The translations under genes were made by a program, and so were the position numbers. This document shows, in pieces, positions 54,368 through 64,000 of a stretch of DNA of 64,000 nt (positions are counted from its first letter, which is position 1; each line of letters starts with the position of its first letter). This DNA is from Octopus sinensis (taxonomy: Eukaryota): NCBI RefSeq assembly GCF_006345805.1, contig NC_042997.1, positions 165,106,001 through 165,170,000 of the forward strand, in the 5' to 3' direction. The notes under the pieces were generated by a model. The model was not told the DNA's origin, searched no databases, and worked only from the letters and a program-made list of their open reading frames with translations.

Positions 54368-55290
54368 TTAGCCCTTCATGTGGCCCTTCTCCCCACATTC
54401 AAAGCATACAGGCGGCCTGCTCTCTACCTTCACTCTTAATCTCAAGTCATCGGGTAGCACTATCTCCTCAGCAATCCGATTCAAATCTTCAATTGTTGCC
54501 TGGATATTGAGCTCGGTCCCATATCCCCAGTAGTTGATTCTATTGGTCCTTGTGGGCTTCAATATCTTGGCCCCATCCTTCATGTTGAACATTATGGCTG
54601 TCATCAGCCATGCTTCTTCTAGTTCTGGGGGTACTTTGCATACTCGCACTCTGGTCACACGTTTGCCACAGTACGACGGCAAAGTACCCACTCCTCCGAT
54701 CTTATTGCCTCCGTTGCGTGCTTGATTACCTCTTCATCTGTCGTAAAGCGCACCTCCGCGGTGGCATACTTCCTTCCTCTTGTTATATAAGTTGTTAATT
54801 TTTTAATGCTTTTCAATACCTCTTCGATTTCCTCCACTGTCGCAATCTCTATCTTCTCGTTGCTATTTTCATTGTTTTATATGTAACTGTTCGTCTCGTT
54901 ACACTGCTTGTCAGCTCTGAAGGCGGCGTCAACTTCAACGTCTCTGCATCCTTCTCCAGCAACTTTTCACATCTTTTCATTTTCCTTGGTTCGACCTTAA
55001 TTTCAATTATCTTCAACGTTTCCTCTTCTGATCCTTTTCCAGTAGCGGCCACAATGGGAAAAAAATAAAACAACAATTAACAATATCAACAAGCAGCAAT
55101 ACACGAACAATTATTTAACGCTCTTACTCACAAAAAATACTCCGTCATCAACGACTCAACTCCAAAAATAACGCTGTCAACTACTCTCCGACTCTACTAC
55201 TACTGACCTCCTACTACGACTGATTGTCTGACTTTATAGTGGTTGAGTCACACCACTTTGTCATGTGGGAAGGGAGTAACATTTTCACTA
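54368..55290 (-). pseudogene. Diverged 5' UTR + ORF1 relic related to the 13464 LINE
   Basis: EEIEEVLKSIKKLTTYITRGRKYATAEVRF aligns with EKVLKAILGDVVFLRRGKKFGTVEVRF; RVRVCKVPPELEEAWL with RIKITRVPPEVEPMWL; knuckle CFECGEKGH. The UTR shares GTAAGA, ATTGCTG and ATATTGTTAA blocks with 13475-13530. Confidence 0.8.
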
Positions 55291-55724
55291 CGACACAAGC
55301 ACAGGCACGCACATATACACACACATATGAGAGTCTTCTTTCAGTTTCCATCTACCAAATCCACTCACAAAGCTTCGGTTACCGGATGCTGTAGTAGAAG
55401 GCACTTGCTCACGGCGCTACGCAGTGGGACTGAACCAGGTACCATGCGATTGGGAAGCAAGCTTCTTACCACCCAGCCATGCCTGTGGTATAATGAACTT
55501 GTGTAAAAAAAATCTCAATTGCAATTGGATTCTGGCCATTTTAACCTCTGTCGTTTAACTTGGTGTAGGGCTGATTGCACTGAAGAGTGTGTTTCGTGTT
55601 GTACAACAATTTATCTACTCAAAAGAGATTTACTCAAAGGAGTTTCTTGGACTCTCGGGAGGTTTGCACGGACTTACTGAGTTTAGGAAGAGGTCTTACT
55701 CGATCACGAATTGACATCCACCAT

Positions 55725-56480
55725 GTATGTATGTATGTATGTATGTATGTATGTATGTGTATGTATGTATGTATGTATGTATGTATGTATGTATGTATGC
55801 ATGCATGCATGCATGCTGAATGTTTTTACTATGTGTTTCTCATTACGAATGTTGTAAAATTTCTGGCTGTTAATATCGGTGATAGTGGCATTGGGACAAA
55901 CATTTATATAAATAGTCAGTGTGTATGTGTGTATGTGTATGGATGTGTGTGTGCATGGATGTGTGCATATTTATACATCTGCACGTTCTATATTTGTACT
56001 TGTGTTTGGATGGGTAGTTCAGATTGTTTGTGGTTGTAATATTTTATGCATGGAATTGTGTGTGTGTGCTTGTTTATGTATGTATGTATACATGTATGTA
56101 TATTTGTATGTATGTATGCATGCATGTATGTATGCATGGATGTCTGCGTGCATGTATGTATGTATGCATATATATACGTGTGAATGTATATACATTTGTG
56201 TGTATGTATGTATGTATGTAGTATGTATGTATGTATGTATGTATGTATGTATGTGTGTATTTGCATTTTCACTCAGATATGCATCAATGCGCTAATACAA
56301 ATATAAACTTTAATATCTATACATTCAAACATACACACTCACGCGCACATCTATGTATGTATGTATATATGTGTGTGTGCGTGTGTGTATGTACGTGTAT
56401 ATGTATATATGTGTGTATGTATGCATGTACGCATAGATATATGTATGTATGTGTGTATGTATGTATGCATAGATGTATGT
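55725..56480. repeat. (TATG)n/(CATG)n/(TG)n compound microsatellites
   Basis: Direct inspection. Confidence 0.9.
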
Positions 56481-56559
56481 ATGTATGAGCATATATATGC
56501 AAACATGATGAACAAGAACATTATGAAATTAATGACGCGGTACTGTAATCAGTGCCAAA

Positions 56560-57640
56560 GGGGATGGCGAATAGAAAATCCCCAGGCCCAGATGTTATAA
56601 CAGGATATTAGTTCAAGAATCACACATTTTATCATCGAGGTTTGATAAAACTGCATGGCAAGGGCATTCGGAGTACAACGTGCCCAAATGAATGTAGAGT
56701 GACATTACCATCCTTATTCCTAAAATAGCCAAAGCTCCCAAGTAAAAACTTTCTGCTCAGTAACTTTGCCAGATCGTTCCTGTTTAAGATAACCATTGGT
56801 TGCGTCAATCAGTTCCCACAAGGTCATTGAGTCACAATGATATTGTAACTCGTGAAAAAGCTCGGGAAAAGAAGAATGTATGAGGCTGTATATAATCAAC
56901 AAATCAACAATATTATACAAAAAAAAAGCAGAAAAGAGTCACAAACACTTGGTTGCAGAGTAGATGGACAACATGGGTGAATTATCGAAACGTTAGTCGA
57001 AGTCCTAAAGGAACTGGTTTGTGATATTCAACTCATGACTGGGACTTGGTACATCACTTAACTTTCCAAATGTGGATGTGTGGTATGTAGCTTGCTTAAC
57101 AACCACATGGTACAGTCCCACTCCGTGGCACTTTGGGCAAGTGTCTTCTACTATAGCCTCGGGTCGACCAAAGCCTTGTGAATGGATTTGGTAGACGGAA
57201 ACTGAAAGAAGCTAGTCTTATATATGTATATACATATATATATGCACATGTTTGTTTCCCCAACATCGCTTGACAACCGATGGTGGTGTGCTTACGTCCC
57301 CGTAACTTAGCGGTTCGGCAAAAGTGACCGATAGAATAAGTACTAAGCTTAGAAAGAATAAGTCCTGGGGTCGATTTGCTCGACTAAAGGCGGTGCTCCA
57401 GCATGGCCGCATTCGAGTGAAATTTGTTGAGTCCAGTTGCGCAGTTTTGATGGTAAGACCAAGAAAATTTGTGCTACAAAACAAAACATTATTGCAAAGG
57501 TTATATTTTCAAGCAGAAAATATATCCTTTGCAATCAGCTAAGAACTATAAGCATCTTGGACAGGATGAGAATGTCAGATATGATATAGCAATTAATACG
57601 GAGAAGACAAGAAATAAATACTTCAAGGGACAGGGAATAT
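56560..57640 (+). pseudogene. R4/NeSL-like non-LTR RT relic split by a SINE-B
   Basis: ANRKSPGPDVITGY*FK, ITILIPK, then after the SINE-B KFVESSCAVLMVR and NYKHLGQDE. Clade call is by motif recall only. Confidence 0.5.
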
Positions 57641-58451
57641 ATGGTGATTGGAACTTTCTGCTTACAATAATCAATCTCAAGAATTTTAATCGACTGAATC
57701 AACCCCAGTACTTGAAGATTTTTAAGCCTGGTACTTATCCTATCGATCTCTTTGCCAAACCGTTCAGTTATGGAGACGCAGGCACACCAGCACCAGTTAC
57801 GAAGCAGTGTTGGGAGATAAACAGACTTGAAGATACACACACACACATATATGTACGTGTGTATGTATGTATGTATGTATGTATGTATGTATGTATGTAT
57901 GCATGTATGTATGTATGCATGTATGCATGCATGTATGTATGCATGTATGCATGCATGTATGTATGCATGTATGCATGCATGTATGTATATATGCATGCAT
58001 GCATGCATGTATGTATACATGCGCATATATATATATATGTATATGTATTTATGTATGTATACATACGACAGGTTTCTTTCAGTTTCTGTCTACGAAATCT
58101 ACTCACAAGGCTTCGGTCGGCCCGAGGCTATAAGTAGAAGACATTTGTCCAAGGTGTCACGCAGTGAGACGGAACCCGAGACCGTGCGGTTAGGGATCAA
58201 GCTTTTTACCACACATCCACGCCTGTTCCTATATGCTAATGTTAGAAATCTATTCATAGATGGGCTCAAAACCTCACATTTATCATGGAAGATGATCCAG
58301 ACGATATTACATTCATGCCTGCTCTATCTCTCCCCACTCTCTCTCTCTCTCTCTTGCTTTCTCTCTCCTTTCTCTTCCTCTTTTGTCTCTATCTCTTTCT
58401 CCGTCTCTCTGTGTCTGTCTGTCTGTCTGTCTATCTGTCTCTTTGTCACTT

Positions 58452-58503
<52 letters not shown>

Positions 58504-59309
58504 AGTCTCTCTCTGTCTCTGTCTCTGTCTCTGTCTCTCTCTTCTGGACCATTTCTGGCGACATGTTACACGAAATGGCTGTAATTTTGACAGACTTCAT
58601 CTTCCATCTTTTGGAGTCAATAAAAAGTACCTGTAATATACCGTGGTCGATTTAAGTGACAACCTCCCCCCTACCCAAATACATGATACTTTGATTATTT
58701 TAGAAATCAATCACATTAATCTTTTATTCTTAATATTTAGTATATTTTATTCTTTATTATTTTTCCCATAATTTTGTTTAAAATCATATTTGTTTATTCT
58801 TTTGTTTTGAATTTAATATCGCTTTTTCCAATAATTTTATTGATCTTGGCAAGGCGTATTCTTATACCTGCTGATCCTTGAGGGCTCGTTAGTGAGTTAG
58901 AAAAGATATATCAGAAGACAGACAAATACGGAGATGTCAGAGGCCAGAAAGAAAGTTTAAAACAGTGGAAAATAAGAGAACATATTGTGTATGCTGAAGG
59001 TTGAACGAAGAATCTCAGCCTTGCTCATCAATCTCTTACTGAAAACCCGAAGTGACGCCGAAGCCGCTGAGTACAAGATCAATGGAGAAAATCTAGCGAG
59101 AGTTAGTCAAATGAAATTATTCTCTTCTCAGACGCTTTTAGTGAAGAAGCGCCATTCACGGCCTAGTGGTTGCCAAAGGTGTTATTAATTCAATCATCAC
59201 AGACTATTCATAGGTCTCAACCAGTGAGATGTGCAGATTGTCTAACAATGGTGCGCTAGGCGAGTTAATCACGCATGCCAATAAGCAGAGTTCATTTAAG
59301 GGGAAAGTG

Positions 59310-59768
59310 TATGTGTGTGTGTGTGCGTGTGTGTATGTATGTGTGTCCGTGCGTGTGTGTGTGTGTGTATGCGGACGTATCTGTCTACGTGCGTGTGTAA
59401 GAGGAGAGAGTGTGCGTTATTGTTGCCATTGCAACATCATTATCATTACCATCATCATCATCATCATCATCATCATTACCATCATTTTCATCGTCGTCGT
59501 CATCATCATCATCATCATCACCACCACCACCACCACCACCACCAGCATCATAATCACCATCGGTTTCGTTGTTATCGTCGCCGTCGTCATCGTCCATCTT
59601 CATTATTGCCATCATCATCATCATCGTTGTCATCATCGTCATCATCGTCATCGCCATCATCGTCATTATCGTCATCGGGATCATCATTATCATCACCACC
59701 GACGTTTATAGTAATAATAATGATAATAATAATTATAATAATAATAATAATAACAATAATAATAATAA

Positions 59769-59799
<31 letters not shown>

Positions 59800-60921
59800 A
59801 ATCTTTATCATCATCATCATCAACACACTATAACCAACATCATCATAATCAGCCTCACTATCATAATTGTTATTATCCTTATTAACGGTATTGGAATTAT
59901 TAGTTATCTGGATTTCGTCTTCATTATCGCCAGCAAAAATAATACACACATACAAACATATATCTACACACACACATATATATATGATGATATACATACA
60001 TTTATATTTGCATGTGTGTATATATATATATATATATATATTCACACATATGTATATATTTACGAACGTGTATATATATATATATAATATATATACACGT
60101 TCGTAAATATATACATATGTGTGAATATATATATATATATATATACACACATGCAAATATAAATGTATGTATATCATCATATATATATGTGTGTGTGTAG
60201 ATATATGTTTGTATGTGTGTATTATTTTTGCTGGCGATAATGAAGACGAAATCCAGATAACTAATAATTCCAATACCGTTAATAAGGATAATAACAATTA
60301 TGATAGTGAGGCTGATTATGATGATGTTGGTTATAGTGTGTTGATGATGATGATGATAAAGATTCTTCTTCTTCTTCTTCTTCTTCTTCTTCTTCTTCTT
60401 CTTCTCTTCTTCTTCTTCTTCTCTTCTTCTTCTTCTTCTTATTATTATTATTATTATTATATTATTATTATTGTTATTATTATTATTATTATAATTATTA
60501 TTATCATTATTATTACTATAAACGTCGGTGGTGATGATAATGATGATCCCGATGACGATAATGACGATGATGGCGATGACGATGATGACGATGATGACAA
60601 CGATGATGATGATGATGGCAATAATGAAGATGGACGATGACGACGGCGACGATAACAACGAAACCGATGGTGATTATGATGCTGGTGGTGGTGGTGGTGG
60701 TGGTGGTGATGATGATGATGATGACGACGACGATGAAAATGATGGTAATGATGATGATGATGATGATGATGATGATGGTAATGATAATGATGTTGCAATG
60801 GCAACAATAACGCACACTCTCTCTCCTCTTACACACGCACGTAGACAGATACGTCCGCATACACACACACACACACACGCACGGACACACATACATACAC
60901 ACACGCTCACACACACACGTA
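59310..60921. repeat. ~1.6-kb near-perfect palindrome built from simple repeats
   Basis: Arms 59310-~60083 and ~60084-60921; centre CGTG(TA)n...CACG; duplicated ORFs appear on opposite strands in the ORF track. Confidence 0.9.
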
Positions 60922-61680
60922 TATCAGCAGCATCATTTTCATCATCGCCATCATCATTGTAACGAAAGGAAACGAAATGAGTAGTGCATTAGTGCGAACT
61001 AATGTGTATTTGCGTGCGAGTGCGTATGTGTATGTGTGTGAGTGTGTGTGCGTGTGCGTGTGAGAGAGAGAGAGAGAATGAGAGAGAGAGAGAGAGAATG
61101 AGAGAGAGAGAGAGAGAGAATGAGAGAGAGAGAGAGAGAGTGTGTGTGCGTGTTTAACCATATATATGCATACACGCATATGGATATATACATACATACA
61201 TATATGCAAGCTGTAGAAAAATAAGAGTATACAGATGGGTGAGGAAAGAAGGAGAGAGAACGAGTATTGGGTGTCTACGTTCGACATAGCTACAGAGTTA
61301 CAGTACTAACATATAATTTACCGATCCATCCGCTTGTTGTCCAATAAACACATTAGCTACTCGACAAACGACGAGGAACATAATTAAGTGGAGCTAACAT
61401 ATTTAATATAGTGAGCCGTCCTTAAAATTAATGACCAATTAAAATTACACACATAATTAATTTTTTTTTAAATCAATAGAGTTAACAGTAATGTCAAGAA
61501 TGCAAAGTTAACAATTCTGAAGCCCAAATTCATTTAAAAATTTAATGAGGGCTTTTGGTGTGTAGTTAATTTAATCTTTGGTAAGTATAGTGGCAACTCT
61601 AGACATGTTTTGGTATTATTAAACCTCCTCAGCAAAGTATCACCCTATTGGATTTTAATGGAGCTTAGAGTGGATGAGAA

Positions 61681-62108
61681 GGATCTTTTCGGTTTGAACG
61701 GCAGTTTTTTCTAGCGGTGTCATATGAAATTGTCACCTATAATTATGGCCCTAGTATCGATCTATTGCATTTCAATCTCTTTTAGGGTTAGGGTTAGAGT
61801 TAGGGTTAGGGGTGGGGTAAGGGTATCTTTTTTTCTTCAGAAATGTAAATAAAAGCAATCTGTTTCTTAAACGAGGGACATATTCATACGGCACAGAATG
61901 TTTTCACCTCGATAGACGTCATTGATTGGTTGAAATTGCAGAAATTGAAGGAAAAAAACAGCAAATATCTTACAAACTATAGAATTTTCTCAATAAAGCC
62001 AAGAGAAAAAGATGTTTTATAAACACGTTCTACCAGTATACGAAGTTTAAAAGTGTTTAGTTACGTGGAAATTATTTTTAAAAACTGCCGGTCAAACCGA
62101 AAAGATCC
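61681..62108. mobile_element. MITE with 29-bp TIRs, 8-bp TSD and internal TTAGGG repeats
   Basis: TIR GGATCTTTTCGGTTTGA(A/C)CGGCAGTTTTT; TSD GATGAGAA at 61673-61680 and 62109-62116; TTAGGG-like units at 61782-61811. Confidence 0.92.
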
Positions 62109-62570
62109 GATGAGAAAATATATAGATTTTGACATAATTCACTGATTATTAAAATAATGACGAGAGAAAAATTTCCTAGGGATGCCTTGTGCATGAAGAG
62201 AATGTAAGTTAAGTGTGAAGTCGCTAACAAAATGTAGTATTTTAATTTTTTGTATTGATGAAAATGATACCCGTAACGAAGGCAAAAGCTTTAACGACTG
62301 AGATAAGAGCGGTAAATCTGAGATCCAAGTTATCTAAAACTTGATTGATGAGGATCCGCTAAATGGTCACTCAATCTGCTGGGAAACGCAGTCATAACTA
62401 TCTCAAGAATACTTTACTGTCTTATAAAGGAGAGACACGTCTGATAATGTAGTCCTAAATGCAGTGACTAACAGACAAAATGGGATGGTCACAGCTGGAA
62501 CACCTTTGACCACTGGTCGGTTCGAATATAGCTGACCAAGTGCTAAACAATGTCACACCTATTTTAATTG

Positions 62571-63790
62571 ATTTCTTTATTAGCCACAAGGGCTCGATAT
62601 AGATGGGGACAAACAAGGACAGACAGGACACCACAGAGGGGACAATACATAGAACGAATATGATTAAGATGATTATATAACAACGGGGTTATGAATGGCT
62701 GCATGCGCCCCTCATCACATGCATTACCATTAATCTTTTTAAACTGTCCGTTTTTATCATGTACTAGCAGCATAGTCCGGCGTTGCCCGGGTATGTAAGA
62801 GCCCCTAGTAGGCAACGGCTAATCCCAATCGGGTCCTTTCTCTCTAGGGAAAGAAGGCGCATGTGTAGGTTGCAATGTCTTCTCTTCACTCGAATACTTC
62901 TGTGTATACGATGTTCCTAGCTGTCCCTTTGGGCGATAAAAAGGTCGAGTTGTGTCCCCTAGACAGAAAATGTGTTGCATATAAAAAGCTTAGATTCTCG
63001 ACCCCATGTCGAATTTATCGAATTTTTCAGAACTGGGGGAACTTTTCAAAATTTTCGCTGCGTCAATTTTGAATTATGACATTGGACTATGTGTGTGTCA
63101 AGTTTCATCAGAATCGGTTGAAAGCCGTGGTCAGGGTGAGGGTACAACCTGACAGACACACAGACAGACAAACTGCCGTTTATATATAGAGAGATTTACA
63201 TAACAATTAATTATCGTATACCATTACAATTATTTGAACCGTTATATACGTTCTCTAAAATTGTTCTATTTTTCAATATTTTTAAACATAACATAAAACA
63301 CTTGCTATTTCTTTATTCCTTTTTTTCCTCCTTTTTCGTTTTTCTTTTCTTTTTTTCCTGTCAATTTAACATACTTATTTACTTTTTAGTAGTATTTCAT
63401 CAGTGTTTCAATTTCTACTAAATCCACTACTGGTTGCAATTCTTTGAATTCCACCCTTACTCTTGGTGGGTCAGTTATTATCTCCACACATTTCTTTCAG
63501 TCTCTTGTAATTTTCCTTTTCGATCACTATCGCCTTCATATCCTCTGCATATATGTATGCTGGTACTTTTAGTCTTACTATTTGATTAAACTTGACTATC
63601 TTCTTCTCTGTTTCTACATTCTTTGGATACATCACGTAATACCATACTCCATTTCCTCCTTGTATTTTCTTTCCTTTATTTTGAACTCTCTGTTCTCTCT
63701 TTTCCTCCTCCACTCTAAATAGTCTCTCCAACTCTTCTTCGGCCAGCTGAATGTCCGAGTCCTTTTCTACCGGTACAACTGGTGTTCACC
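62571..63790 (-). mobile_element. 5'-truncated putative ORF1-only (HAL1-like) retroelement interrupted by a Helitron
   Basis: Open frame 63785-63471 weakly resembles the C-terminal part of LINE ORF1. It is followed by an A-rich then T-rich UTR and ends GAGCCCTTGTGGCTAATAAAGAAAT at 62571. Confidence 0.55.
62764..63194 (-). mobile_element. Non-autonomous Helitron (431 bp)
   Basis: A|TCTCTCTATATATAAACGGCAG ... CCCGGGCAACGCCGGACTATGCTGCTAG|T: TC...CTAG, subterminal hairpin, AT target. Confidence 0.85.
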
Positions 63791-64000
63791 TTGAAAAGCT
63801 GGAGCTGTCATTAATGATGTAGCGACATTTATTTCAAGAAAAAAAAAACTACTGAACCTCTTTGATGCAATTAATACGTAATCACAGAAATGATGAATCC
63901 TTAAGCGATCGTTTAATATGCTAGAAATGATAGCAAACTTTACATTGAATCAAATCTTACGATCTTAAAAATGAAGGTCAAATTAACTAATACTGTTATA

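Noticed and set aside
58985-59188. KINGENLARVSQMK resembling an RT thumb motif
   Set aside because: A single weak motif with no supporting neighbours.
59229-60962. Long poly-His/Ile/Asp ORFs (up to 236 aa)
   Set aside because: Translations of trinucleotide microsatellites inside the palindrome, open in several frames and on both strands. The same applies to the YI/HT/CV/LS-repeat ORFs throughout the window.

Overview
AT-rich, microsatellite-saturated animal genomic DNA with one 100-N scaffold gap. The repeat content looks like octopus; this is my recollection of octopus SINEs and is not database-checked. I found no host protein-coding gene, tRNA/rRNA gene or CRISPR array, and nearly all short ORFs are microsatellite artefacts. 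The window is mostly mobile DNA: a full-length Tx1/L1-clade LINE (13464-18814), three tRNA-headed SINE families (local labels SINE-A/B/C), relics of Gypsy, RTE, R4/NeSL-like and Penelope-like retroelements, mariner and 8-bp-TSD DNA transposons, and three Helitron derivatives. Two systems stand out. (1) A LINE, SINE-A and an apparent ORF1-only element share one 3' tail (...GCCCC(T/C)(T/G)GTGGG(T/C)A(G/A)TAAAGAAAT). The LINE and SINE-A copies have 15-16 bp TSDs, and the LINE sits inside a SINE-A at the same site where SINE-A tandem multimers are joined. (2) A 1134-nt tandem duplication has a complete type I hammerhead ribozyme fold in each unit, with a palindromic stem III suited to dimeric cleavage (retrozyme/Penelope-like).
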